Positions 8,483 through 17,997 of a stretch of 64,000 bases of DNA are shown here, one piece after another. Positions within the stretch are counted from its first letter, which is position 1, and each line of letters starts with the position of its first letter. Both the position numbers and the translations under genes were made by a program. The DNA is taken from positions 15,987 to 79,986 of the IMG/VR virus record IMGVR_UViG_3300012662_000015; one strand, 5' to 3'. The notes under the pieces were generated by a model. The model was not told the origin of the DNA, ran no database searches, and saw only the letters and a program-made list of their open reading frames with translations. The DNA is from a virus. Taxonomy: Duplodnaviria > Caudoviricetes.

Positions 8483-8992
8483 TTATGTTTCTTTTTTCTT
8501 TTTTTGCTGATAAACGAGGCAATCCTGGCATCTTGTGGGATAATGAACAGGCAGGAAATACCTCATTGGCTTCTCATCCGTCTTGATGTCGTCCTGCTTA
8601 ATCTTCGCATAGTCTGCAATAGCCTTGGTTAGGTCCGTCCACTCCTTGCTTCCGCTCTTGTAGCGTTTCCTTGCCACAAGTAGGTCGCTGAGGATCTTTT
8701 CCTTAGATGTCTCCTTTGCCAGCTCGTCAAGCGGGATTGTGCCAGCCCCAGCATCCACGCTATTGTTTATCCTTGCAACGATTGCCGGTTTGGTTTCATA
8801 CTCGTTCAGCAGCTTCCGCTGTTGGACCATCGTATAAGACCTGTATATGCGACCAAACGCTACATAAAATGCGTCGGATTTACTCCACCCCATTCTTCTT
8901 AGGTCGGCATAAATGAGCTCCTCTACGGTTCCTATTCCGGTCTTTTCCATCACTGCCCTCATGCTGGCAGACGCTTGTAACCTTTCTTCCAT
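8483..8992 (-). CDS. hypothetical protein, possible terminase small subunit
   Basis: Last gene of the packaging operon; function inferred from position only. Confidence 0.45.
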   Translation of the reverse strand: MEERLQASASMRAVMEKTGIGTVEELIYADLRRMGWSKSDAFYVAFGRIYRSYTMVQQRKLLNEYETKPAIVARINNSVDAGAGTIPLDELAKETSKEKILSDLLVARKRYKSGSKEWTDLTKAIADYAKIKQDDIKTDEKPMRYFLPVHYPTRCQDCLVYQQKKKKET

Positions 8993-8995
8993 ATC

Positions 8996-9769
8996 CTAAT
9001 CTTTTTCCTTGTCGTAAACATAAGTAGTCCAACAACAACATCTCGAATGATACAAAGGCGGCGGGTCGTTAGGGTCTCCCATCTTGTGAAATCTTTCCGC
9101 ATGGCTATCGCAAAGGTCACAAGGATAAGACGATCCACGGTGCGGAACAAAGCCTATCGCGCCACTCCTTTTCGCAAAGTTATACTCCTCTCTGCTCCAC
9201 GCTATCGCGATTGTCCCCTGCGCGTTCCTGACGATGTTACCGTAGCCGGCTTTGTAAAGTCCGTGCTTCCTTTTTTCAACCGGAATGTTGATGTTCTTTG
9301 CCGAAGCTTTTCCTATCGTGCCGTTTGCATACGGGTCTTTGTATTCGTTTTGTAAAGTTTTTTCTATTTCTCCAGACTTTATTTTCATCTTTCTGGCCGC
9401 ATAAATTACCTTGGCGCAGTCGCTGAAGAAATAGCGCATATACTCTTCACTTCTTTCCTTGAATGTCTTGCCGAACAATTCAGAATTAAGAAGCCTCCCC
9501 GTCGCTCCAGTGTCCTTGTCTCCAATAACCAGTATGGCCGCCTTCGAATACTCCTTGATATAAGTGTCTATTTCATTCCTCGCTTCATCAATCACTCGCT
9601 TAGACCTGGCCCAAAGCGCTGTTTCAAACACGCTCTCTGAAGACGGCAAGCGTATCTCTTTCGCCGATTTAGCGATTTCAGATGCGGCATCGGAGAGGAT
9701 TTTGTCAATATGAGCCTTGACATTCCTCTCCGCCTGTTTGCGTTTCAATGACACCTCTTTCCCGTCCAT
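8996..9769 (-). CDS. minor head morphogenesis protein (MuF / SPP1 gp7-like)
   Basis: C-terminal CDLC...PPLYHSRCCC motif; adjacent to portal. Confidence 0.75.
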   Translation of the reverse strand: MDGKEVSLKRKQAERNVKAHIDKILSDAASEIAKSAKEIRLPSSESVFETALWARSKRVIDEARNEIDTYIKEYSKAAILVIGDKDTGATGRLLNSELFGKTFKERSEEYMRYFFSDCAKVIYAARKMKIKSGEIEKTLQNEYKDPYANGTIGKASAKNINIPVEKRKHGLYKAGYGNIVRNAQGTIAIAWSREEYNFAKRSGAIGFVPHRGSSYPCDLCDSHAERFHKMGDPNDPPPLYHSRCCCWTTYVYDKEKD

Positions 9770-9772
9770 GGC

Positions 9773-11485
9773 TTAGTGCTTTTTATTCCAATCTTTCCAA
9801 TTGTTCTTGTCATCTATAGGGTTGTTGCCGTTCTTGTCCCATTCCTTTCCGCTCTTGTTAGGGCGCCCGGCCTTACTTCCGCCGCCAGTATTGATGTCGT
9901 TTCCGCCTTGCTGCCGGTTGATGCGAGCCTGGGCTTCCTCCTCTTCAATGGCGTTTTCCGTCTCCGCGTCGGCGCGCTTGATGTCAATCAGCAAGTCCTG
10001 CTCTTGCTCTTCCTTCTTCTCGCTCACGATTCTCGCATACTCTCCGTTCTTCGGGAATTGGGGGCATCTCTCGGACGCAGTCTGATGAGAAAGGAAGCCG
10101 TTCTGCACGGCGGTGGCGATGTTTGTTATATCCTCCGTGTAGTTCTCGTGGATATACGCCTGTATGTAAGCATAGACCGGGAGCGCCATCATTGTGGCAG
10201 TATTATTGTTTGTATACCCAGACATAAACTTCGCCATCCTCACAATTGAAAGCAGGAACGGATGAAGATGCTGCGCATCGTTCATTGCGCACTCGATGGC
10301 TGGAGAGTAAAGCAACTTCAACGCAACGCCAGGAAGGTCGCCAGACTTCAGTTCGGGCGGCTTTACGGTGAAAGACAATTCGTATATCAGGTTGTACGCC
10401 TTGTCGAGCTGTGTAGCGAAAGCGTTTGAAGCGTCAGTCCCATTCAAGAAGCCAGCCTTTGCGTTTGGGTCATTCATCGCAAGAGCCTTAACCGCGCCAT
10501 TCATTCCGCCTTCTATCTGCAAATCCTCACCTTCTCCTTGATAGAAGAATATCGGGAAAGCGAAAGCTTCATTATTCTCGCACAAGTGCGAGAACGCGGC
10601 CTCGTAATCTTCAATCATCCTTTGCACAGGCGACCAACAAGGGCCGTCTTCCCTACGGGCGTAAGCAACTGGGACAAACGGGAATCCGTGAGGTTTTTTG
10701 GATACGAGATGGAAACCATAAACAGCGAAGTCGTCACCTATTTCAGTTACCAGCTCGCTGTCATCCTTTCCATCGACAAACTTGTTAAACCTGTACAGGT
10801 AAGTATCGTCCCATACCTCCAAATACTCTGTCTTCAATTCACCCTCCTTGCCATAATCGTAATAAGAGCGCCCAAAGGCAACCATCTTTCCGGTGATGGG
10901 ATCAGTTTGCGGATAGAGCGTATCTCCATTCAAGAAAGACAACGCCTTTGCCCCGACCTCGCCGTCGCTACTGATGTACCCAACGATGGCGCAGTCGCCT
11001 GTCACGTTCCAAGAGTGGATAGCCTCAAAGAAGCGGGTTTCCATATCCATGTCAATCCATGATCTCTTGAAAGTGGTAAGGAGACTCTGGTAGTTTTCCT
11101 CCTTCTCGAGCGAATAGTCACCTTGCGAAATCTCGAACTGAATATCATTGCCGGTCAGGTGCAGGTCGTGCTTCTGTGCTATCAGCTGCTGGAAAGCGAA
11201 AGAGCACCGCTTGATAGGTTGCTTGTAGCCTTTGCTTGGGTTATTCGGGTCTCTCTTCCACACGTCGGGGTATTCAGAACGATCGTTAATCCTGTGCGAA
11301 CTCGGGTAATACTCTCGTATGAAGTCGTGTTGTGTCTTTACCATCACCTTCAGCTTGTCTTCCGGCATCGGTATGTCGGATGTAACGACTTCCCTCTCCT
11401 GCTGGCCATGGCTCAGATACCCGGTCGGCATAACATTGTACCAAGGCTTCTTGGTGCAAAGGTCTCTTTTCATTAAAACATCCAT
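9773..11485 (-). CDS. portal protein (SPP1 gp6-like)
   Basis: 570 aa, downstream of TerL; SGDLPGVALKLLY motif; acidic C-terminal coiled coil. Confidence 0.8.
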   Translation of the reverse strand: MDVLMKRDLCTKKPWYNVMPTGYLSHGQQEREVVTSDIPMPEDKLKVMVKTQHDFIREYYPSSHRINDRSEYPDVWKRDPNNPSKGYKQPIKRCSFAFQQLIAQKHDLHLTGNDIQFEISQGDYSLEKEENYQSLLTTFKRSWIDMDMETRFFEAIHSWNVTGDCAIVGYISSDGEVGAKALSFLNGDTLYPQTDPITGKMVAFGRSYYDYGKEGELKTEYLEVWDDTYLYRFNKFVDGKDDSELVTEIGDDFAVYGFHLVSKKPHGFPFVPVAYARREDGPCWSPVQRMIEDYEAAFSHLCENNEAFAFPIFFYQGEGEDLQIEGGMNGAVKALAMNDPNAKAGFLNGTDASNAFATQLDKAYNLIYELSFTVKPPELKSGDLPGVALKLLYSPAIECAMNDAQHLHPFLLSIVRMAKFMSGYTNNNTATMMALPVYAYIQAYIHENYTEDITNIATAVQNGFLSHQTASERCPQFPKNGEYARIVSEKKEEQEQDLLIDIKRADAETENAIEEEEAQARINRQQGGNDINTGGGSKAGRPNKSGKEWDKNGNNPIDDKNNWKDWNKKH

Positions 11486-14244
11486 AGGTTTTTAACTTTT
11501 GTGTGCGACTTTTTTGCGAGCTTGGCCGGATATTCCCAATAATAGCAAGACTCAATGAAGTCAGGCGACCAGCCCACATATTTTTTTGCTATCTTTTTAG
11601 CGAGAACCTTAAATCCTCTGTCATCTCCGCCCTCGTCTCGTCTAATAGCCTTTCTTTCTTTTTGTAAAATTCTTTCAAGTGTCCAATTCTTAAACCCGTT
11701 CCCGGAGAATTTTCTTTCGAGAAGCGACCGCTCAATAGATATATTCCCCTCTTTTATGTCCTCGTAGAACAAGAAAGCGCATTGGCTTTTAAGGTCTTTG
11801 TAAAGAAATTTTATTCCTTCACGCTCGTCCCTCGTCAATGCCACCGGAGCCATTTGGTTGTTGAACGGAAGCGCATCGGGGAAGAAGCCCTTGAAATACT
11901 GACCGATCCCCTGCATGTCATAAGTGAAATTCTTCTCCTCAACGCCCCATTCTCTCAGCTTAGCTTTTACGACTGAAACTACAGTCCTGGAATCAAGCCT
12001 CATGACGACAACGTCCCGTATGTGGTTCCCGACCCATAGCCACATAACGAAATTGTCTCCTCCCGTGAACGCTATGTCCGCGGAAGCGCGTCGCTTCCCG
12101 TCTCCTGCTTGTATTGCGTTATGGAAAAAGGATTCCATATCCTCATACTTGACCATGTCGTCTCCTGCGGCCTTCCAGTTCCAGTTCGCCTGTAAGTCCC
12201 TCATGCGCTGTTCTTCGTCCTGTTGCGCAAGATTTCCGAGGTAAGACGGGTCAGAAGAAAGCAGTTTGATATTCTCGGACAAGTCAGCCCTTATGAACGT
12301 TACAGATTTAATGATGACATCAAGTTTGGTAAGCCCAAGTTTAGCATACGCCTTCTCGTATTGCTCGTTCCAAACAGAATCGATAATAGGCGCGCACTGC
12401 TCGTACACTTCTTCCCGCGTATCTCCCCAATAGATTGAATCCGGGGAGTCACCGTCCATATAACAGTACCTCACTTGGCCGCACCTATCAAGGATAGCGT
12501 ATCCATCGTCGTCAATCCACCAATCGATGAATTTCCTTACCCAAGAATCAGGGTCAGGGTTGCAGGTCCCCCAAAATCGCGAACGTAGTCCAGATGCGTT
12601 TCGGTTAACAGTCGTGAGGTATTTGAACTTCTTGTACTCGCACTGCGTTATCTCGTCAATTCCGACATAGGAGTATTGCCTTCCCTGGAATCTGTCTTTG
12701 AATGTTTGATAATTTCCGGCATAATATGAAAATTTCAACCACCCTCCATTATTGAAGTTCCAGGTCATATCGTTGAGAGACTTGTTGTAAACACCGAAAT
12801 CCGAGTATAGCTTGTATGAGTCGTTGATCAGCGAGTCGAGGTCTTTCGTTTCCTTTCTGAGGAGCAGTCCGGTCATGCCTGGTTTAAGTATGTCGTAGAG
12901 CGTTTGCATGAGCATAGAGAATGATTTACTGTTATGAGTGACTATGAAGTCCTCCACCATGAAGAGGGAGTTTGTGTTATTTACGGCTATGCAGCAACAT
13001 TCTTTCTCTCCCACATATTCATAATCAACTATTCGTCTTCCGAGCTCGCTTATTCCTCCGTTATACTTTGTGCATAAGGATTTCTTGCGCTCAAGTCGGA
13101 ATAATCTTTCTGAGTTTTTTATTCTGATATAGACATCATAATAATCGCTCGCCTTAATGCGCGTACCGTCTTTTACATAATGGTTCTCGTGTTTTGATAT
13201 TGTGGCAAGACCTCCGAGACTGTTAACCAAGAACTTAACATCTTTAGCAAGTTGCTCGCTAACTGTTGCAAATGAGCAGTGACCGCGCTCATCAACGGTT
13301 CCGTCCGTATCCATCAACCCTTGAAGTATAGCTTCTCTTTTCTCTACCGTTCCAAACTTGTAGTAGTCAGGTACAAATTTTGAGAATGCATTATGCCCAT
13401 ACAGCTTCAAACCTTCAAGGTCATTTCTCAGACGCTCGTCCGTAATTCTGTAATCACATGCCGCATTGTTTTCCTTATGGAAAGAATTGCTCATATCCAA
13501 TCCAGCTTTCTCAAACTCTTCGACTATTCCATGGTCTGCGCTGCATAGCATGGCATCATAGCTTCCACTCCTTACAATATCTGTCACGCAACCGTCTCCA
13601 AGGATGGCTCCTATTACATACGGAGAAGAAACTGGCTTATAATGGTGCTCCCCCCAAGAACGTGTGAATTTTACTGGTTCACAAAGCGGGATAAGCAATT
13701 TCCCGTTTTTGATTTCTCCGTTCTTTATCTTTTCAAGATGGTCGACTATCATTTGAGTCGTCCAAACACGGTACTCTTCATTCAAAGACAGCCCATTGAG
13801 AATACGCTTCTTACTTCTATAACATGTCTTTCTTACATTCCAAAGATGGTCATAAGAAGCTATCACTTCTGACCCGTCAACGAACTTTAATTTGTATGAT
13901 GGTAACCTACCGTGGTCTTTTCGATAAACAACACGCTGCATTCCACCATCAGTCCCGCTGATGATGTCTCCAGCCTTCAAGTCGCCAATCCTTCGATAAC
14001 CGAAAGGCGTAACTACCCTTGTGTCTACTAACAAGGGCCCGCCGCGGCTGCCACCACCGATAAGAATATCCACATCGGTGGCAAGCATTCTCTCCTGTGC
14101 TCCTTTTTGGGCAATATACGCCCTTAGCGAACCCGGATGTTTCATATCTTCATCCCGAAGCGCCTGCACGAACTCTTGCGTATAGACTGGTGTGCCGTCC
14201 GGCAAGAAGAACCCCGAATACTTATCTTTCTCTGAAAATTGCAT
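11473..14244 (-). CDS. terL: terminase large subunit with intein
   Basis: Walker A GGGSRGG/SKS split by the intein; Walker B YVGIDE; motif TCNPD; nuclease ASADIA...GGD; start MQFSEK at 14244 preferred because a promoter element lies at 14263-14270. Confidence 0.92.
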   Translation of the reverse strand: MQFSEKDKYSGFFLPDGTPVYTQEFVQALRDEDMKHPGSLRAYIAQKGAQERMLATDVDILIGGGSRGGPLLVDTRVVTPFGYRRIGDLKAGDIISGTDGGMQRVVYRKDHGRLPSYKLKFVDGSEVIASYDHLWNVRKTCYRSKKRILNGLSLNEEYRVWTTQMIVDHLEKIKNGEIKNGKLLIPLCEPVKFTRSWGEHHYKPVSSPYVIGAILGDGCVTDIVRSGSYDAMLCSADHGIVEEFEKAGLDMSNSFHKENNAACDYRITDERLRNDLEGLKLYGHNAFSKFVPDYYKFGTVEKREAILQGLMDTDGTVDERGHCSFATVSEQLAKDVKFLVNSLGGLATISKHENHYVKDGTRIKASDYYDVYIRIKNSERLFRLERKKSLCTKYNGGISELGRRIVDYEYVGEKECCCIAVNNTNSLFMVEDFIVTHNSKSFSMLMQTLYDILKPGMTGLLLRKETKDLDSLINDSYKLYSDFGVYNKSLNDMTWNFNNGGWLKFSYYAGNYQTFKDRFQGRQYSYVGIDEITQCEYKKFKYLTTVNRNASGLRSRFWGTCNPDPDSWVRKFIDWWIDDDGYAILDRCGQVRYCYMDGDSPDSIYWGDTREEVYEQCAPIIDSVWNEQYEKAYAKLGLTKLDVIIKSVTFIRADLSENIKLLSSDPSYLGNLAQQDEEQRMRDLQANWNWKAAGDDMVKYEDMESFFHNAIQAGDGKRRASADIAFTGGDNFVMWLWVGNHIRDVVVMRLDSRTVVSVVKAKLREWGVEEKNFTYDMQGIGQYFKGFFPDALPFNNQMAPVALTRDEREGIKFLYKDLKSQCAFLFYEDIKEGNISIERSLLERKFSGNGFKNWTLERILQKERKAIRRDEGGDDRGFKVLAKKIAKKYVGWSPDFIESCYYWEYPAKLAKKSHTKVKNLWMF
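12931..14037 (-). mobile_element. 369-aa intein with LAGLIDADG homing endonuclease, class 3 (WCT) type
   Basis: Begins PLLVDT, ends IVTHN|S; block B DHLW, block F CCCIAV; endonuclease motifs GAILGDG and QGLMDTDG. Confidence 0.9.
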
Positions 14245-14262
14245 ATTTTTACATTCTGTATG

Positions 14263-14270
14263 CAAAAATA
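14263..14270 (-). promoter_or_regulatory. putative -7 element TATTTTTG for the packaging operon
   Basis: TAnnTTTG match 19 nt upstream of the TerL ATG. Confidence 0.5.
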
Positions 14271-14280
14271 TTAAAAATAT

Positions 14281-14312
14281 TTTGGTTTATGTATTTTTAT
14301 TCATTATTTTTG
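14281..14312 (+). promoter_or_regulatory. Bacteroidota sigma-70-type promoter TTTG-N20-TATTTTTG
   Basis: Exact -33/-7 consensus with 20-nt spacing, upstream of the tRNA and head genes. Confidence 0.75.
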
Positions 14313-14359
14313 CAGCTGTAAGATTATTTCTTAGCCCAGCCATCAGCGGATGGCAACCG

Positions 14360-14431
14360 AGCGGGTTGGAGCAGCGGTAGCTTGTTTGGCTCATGACCAA
14401 AAGGTCGGCGGTTCGATTCCGTCACCCGCGA
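14360..14431 (+). tRNA. tRNA-Met(CAT), initiator-like
   Basis: Acceptor AGCGGGT/ACCCGCG with 1:72 mismatch, D-loop AGCGGTA, anticodon arm TTTGG-CTCATGA-CCAAA, T-loop TTCGATT; CCA not encoded. Confidence 0.9.
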
Positions 14432-14488
14432 CAATAAGGGAAAAGCAATCGGGAAACACCCGAAGGCAGGATAACAAATACTAATCTA

Positions 14489-15172
14489 ATGGAACTTGAA
14501 AAAATCATTTCCACGATTCTTGAGAAGGCCGGAAAAACCGACGTATCAAAAGAAACTGTGACCACGCTTGTTAGCCTGAACCAGCTTCAGGAAGGAACGG
14601 AGCCGGACGAGGCTTATTTCAGCAAGATGGTCAAGGCTGTCAAAAGCGTGCAAGGTAACGTAAACAACGTTATGAGCGCGAAAGTTGCCGAGCAGGTCAA
14701 ATCAAAAGTTGCAGAAGAGCTTGCGAAGCAAGGTGCAAACCGCTCAAAAGACAAGCCGGAAGGCAATTCGAGCGAAGACGTGCCAGAGTGGGCCAAGAAG
14801 CTCCAGGAGCAATTCGAGAACGACCGCAAGGAAAGACAGCAAGAAAAGGCCGAACGCGAGAAGAAAAACTTGCTCGACTCGGTAAAAAGAGGCTTGGAGA
14901 AGCGATTCGAGGAAGGCGGCTTGAAGCTTAACGGCTTTTTTGCAAAGTCCGCGCTCTCTAAGCTCGACATTCCTGAGAAGGACGCTGACGTAAGCAAGCT
15001 TATTGATGACGCGGAGAAACTCTACAACTCGGACTTAAAGGAGGCTGGTATAGGTTCCGATTCACCAAGAGCAGGCGGATCTGGCGGTTCAAGGAAGAAT
15101 CAGGATGACGAGCATGCGTTTGACGATATAGCCAAAGCCATCGGCCGCAATCGTCCCAAGCAGAATGAGTAA
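14489..15172 (+). CDS. head scaffolding protein
   Basis: Charged coiled-coil protein upstream of the capsid genes. Confidence 0.65.
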   Translation: MELEKIISTILEKAGKTDVSKETVTTLVSLNQLQEGTEPDEAYFSKMVKAVKSVQGNVNNVMSAKVAEQVKSKVAEELAKQGANRSKDKPEGNSSEDVPEWAKKLQEQFENDRKERQQEKAEREKKNLLDSVKRGLEKRFEEGGLKLNGFFAKSALSKLDIPEKDADVSKLIDDAEKLYNSDLKEAGIGSDSPRAGGSGGSRKNQDDEHAFDDIAKAIGRNRPKQNE

Positions 15173-15198
15173 CATTTTTCACACTAAAACATTTTGCT

Positions 15199-15960
15199 AT
15201 GACAGAACTTGATTTTTATCAGCAAAGAATTTTGAACAGCGGCGTTTTTCACGGCACTGTTCTCATTCAGGCTCATGGCGAAATCGGCGGTACCAAAAAA
15301 GTGTTTGTCAAATATTCGACAAGCGCGAAGAACGGTCTCGTCTATCCAACGATAGGCGGCGTACTCAAGAACCCGTTCAAGGGTAACGCCAAGATTTTCG
15401 CCGGTGACCTCGTGGAGTACGATCCTGGCATTGAGGGCGATACAGGCGCCACTGTCAAGATTATGAAGACGTACCAAGCCGCAGCAGCTGCGACCAATAC
15501 GGATTCAGCTCACACCGTTCAAATCGTCAGAGACGGATTCAAGCACATCCCGTTTGTTGGCGATTTCATCATGGTTGCTCCTAAGGCAATTGACGGAACT
15601 GGCGCCGCTGTAACAGTAACAGGCGTAACCGCAAAGACGGACACGACCAACGGAGACGTATGGGAGCTTTCATTGTCCGCAGCGTTAACTGTCGCAAAGG
15701 GCGACGTACTCGTAGAGGCGTCAGCTGGCACCGGAACCGTCAAGGCGATGGTTACCAACCCTAACGCGTACGCTCCTTGCGATTTCGACTTCGTCTACAA
15801 CCCGTCTGCTGGAGATAGCGACTTTGAGGGCGCCAAGTACCTGTTTACACCATGTTTGGCAGGCCCGACAACCATCTTGTACAAGAGCATGATGTCTCCT
15901 ACACCGGCAAGCGTATTGGCCATGAACACAAGCAAGGTGCCTGGCTGGTTCTCACTTTAA
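15199..15960 (+). CDS. head decoration / auxiliary capsid protein
   Basis: Ala/Thr/Val-rich beta protein between scaffold and MCP. Confidence 0.55.
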   Translation: MTELDFYQQRILNSGVFHGTVLIQAHGEIGGTKKVFVKYSTSAKNGLVYPTIGGVLKNPFKGNAKIFAGDLVEYDPGIEGDTGATVKIMKTYQAAAAATNTDSAHTVQIVRDGFKHIPFVGDFIMVAPKAIDGTGAAVTVTGVTAKTDTTNGDVWELSLSAALTVAKGDVLVEASAGTGTVKAMVTNPNAYAPCDFDFVYNPSAGDSDFEGAKYLFTPCLAGPTTILYKSMMSPTPASVLAMNTSKVPGWFSL

Positions 15961-15984
15961 CCAAACCTTAAATTGTAAAGTATT

Positions 15985-17157
15985 ATGGCAAAATTCAATT
16001 TTAACGATTCGCGATACGCGAAGTTTTTCTCTTCGCCTGACAACGCCCGGTTCTTACAGTCATATCTTGACAGATCTGACCTTTTCTTCACCAACTACAG
16101 CTGGTACCTTACGCAGGGCCGCATGGCTCCGTCAGACACCCCTGTCGGGAGTGACGGAACAGCAGTCTTCATGTGTAAGTCACGCAAGCTGAAAGCTGCA
16201 CACCTCATGGACCTTCGCGCCCCTCTTGGAGACAGCAACCAGGGCGACACTTCAGACATGAAGATGTATACTGCATCCATTCCAGACTTCATTGCAGACG
16301 GATTTGTGGAGACTGCCACAGAGCGAGACTACAAGGTTCAGCGCTTTGAAGAGTTCGGTAACGACGCAGACGTCATTGCTGCTTACACAGAGCTCCTCCA
16401 GGAGCGTTTCGACTCTGTAGACGCAACCATGACCTACATGACCGCACAGCTCATGACAAAGGGAGCCATTGACTACTCTACGATTGGCCGCGGCATCCGT
16501 CTTCCGCTTCACAAGGCGGACATTCCTGCAGAGAACTTCCTGAAGGCCGGTGCAAAGGCGTGGAACGCCGATGACTGCCAGCTCCTCACGCAGATGCGCC
16601 AGATGGAGCTCGACATCCGCCACAAGATGGGTGACTACGGAGGCCCGATGGTATGGCAGATGACCCAGAACGACTTCTTGAACGTGTTCTTGAAGAACAA
16701 GGAAGTTCGCTCATTCGTTAGCGACTACCGCAAGCTGAACTATCTCGCCAGCACGCAGAACGTTCCGGTTCTCGCTTCTGAGTGGAACAAGGCTCGCGTT
16801 GACCTGGAGGGCGTTTCTCCTATCGAGCTCGTCGTGGAGCAGGAGGTTAACAAGACTCATACCAAGACTGAGACCATCAAAGGCTGGGCAGACGGCACAG
16901 TTGTCTTCCGGCCCGCAGGAGACGCAGTTGAGTTTGAGCGTAAGCAAATCCTTGACGAGCGCATGCTCAACAGCTACGCAGCAAGGGGAATCACTGCTGT
17001 CATGGGACGCGGTAACAACGGCCTGTCTCTCGTGGTCAACAAGACAATGGATAACGGAATTTTCCAGGAGTGGCATACGGATGTCATGATGTCCGCCTGC
17101 CCCGCTTTGGTGAACTTCCCCAACCACTACATCATCAACACAAAACAGGCTGGATAA
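15985..17157 (+). CDS. major capsid protein (HK97 fold, phage capsid E-like)
   Basis: 390 aa, position in the head module, biased codon usage. Confidence 0.8.
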   Translation: MAKFNFNDSRYAKFFSSPDNARFLQSYLDRSDLFFTNYSWYLTQGRMAPSDTPVGSDGTAVFMCKSRKLKAAHLMDLRAPLGDSNQGDTSDMKMYTASIPDFIADGFVETATERDYKVQRFEEFGNDADVIAAYTELLQERFDSVDATMTYMTAQLMTKGAIDYSTIGRGIRLPLHKADIPAENFLKAGAKAWNADDCQLLTQMRQMELDIRHKMGDYGGPMVWQMTQNDFLNVFLKNKEVRSFVSDYRKLNYLASTQNVPVLASEWNKARVDLEGVSPIELVVEQEVNKTHTKTETIKGWADGTVVFRPAGDAVEFERKQILDERMLNSYAARGITAVMGRGNNGLSLVVNKTMDNGIFQEWHTDVMMSACPALVNFPNHYIINTKQAG

Positions 17158-17179
17158 CAGCCAATAAAGCATTGCGTGT

Positions 17180-17611
17180 ATGAATACGGAAGCAGTAGCA
17201 CCTTACACTATCAAGGATTATCTATTCGACAAGGTTAGGTTTGATGTGCCCGATGGTGCCATCAGGCCAATATTACTGGACAGGGGCGTCGATGAAAGCT
17301 CTCTCGCAACGGATTGCGATAGGGACACCTTGCGCCTTTGTTATGCAGACTTGTTGAAATGGATCGTCCTCGGCGCGAGTAAGGTGAACAACACTTCCGA
17401 CACGGATAACGGATGGACTCATTCTGGAGGCGGTTTTGAGATTTCCTCAGAAGACCGTAAGCTGCTTATTAAGGAGGCCAACTCCATATACGGCGAGCTG
17501 GAGCCAGGCTCTGAGATAAAAATCAAAAGCACCTTCAGGATGATGTCCTTCGGTGTCCAACAAGCCAATCGTGACATCGGAGAAAACCCATTACCGCATA
17601 TCGTCGATTAA
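17180..17611 (+). CDS. head-tail connector/adaptor
   Basis: Position after MCP; LRLCYADLL and SHSGG-like motifs. Confidence 0.6.
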   Translation: MNTEAVAPYTIKDYLFDKVRFDVPDGAIRPILLDRGVDESSLATDCDRDTLRLCYADLLKWIVLGASKVNNTSDTDNGWTHSGGGFEISSEDRKLLIKEANSIYGELEPGSEIKIKSTFRMMSFGVQQANRDIGENPLPHIVD

Positions 17612-17614
17612 TCC

Positions 17615-17995
17615 ATGAGAAAGGAAAGGATACTTAACCCGCGCTACCCGCATCGCATCCGAATCGTGAGACGCAACATAAACGCATCTAACAACGGAGA
17701 CCCGGAAGATCCTTTGTTCGTGAACGACGAAGATGCTGACGAAGAGACCGTATTATATGAAGGCGCAGGCCGCTCATTCACGGATACTACGACAACAGGC
17801 ACGAGTGACGTGGACGTTAACAGGCGTAAAGCTTCCATTCCGGTCAGGTTTGATGAATGGGCATCTGGCATGAAGCCATTGAATGGTGATACGATATATG
17901 CGACGGTTGGCTCTTGCCAAGAAATAGGCATGGTGCGCGACTGCGAGTCAGACAACAACAGGACTTTGGTGTATTGGGATTTAACAAGAGTGTAG
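17615..17995 (+). CDS. head closure protein
   Basis: Position and size in the neck module. Confidence 0.5.
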   Translation: MRKERILNPRYPHRIRIVRRNINASNNGDPEDPLFVNDEDADEETVLYEGAGRSFTDTTTTGTSDVDVNRRKASIPVRFDEWASGMKPLNGDTIYATVGSCQEIGMVRDCESDNNRTLVYWDLTRV

Positions 17996-17997
17996 TT

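Noticed and set aside
11473-17157. Assignment to a named phage family (e.g. Quimbyviridae-like)
   Set aside because: The gene content is suggestive (Bacteroidota host, DGR, TerL intein), but assignment requires TerL/MCP phylogeny that could not be run.
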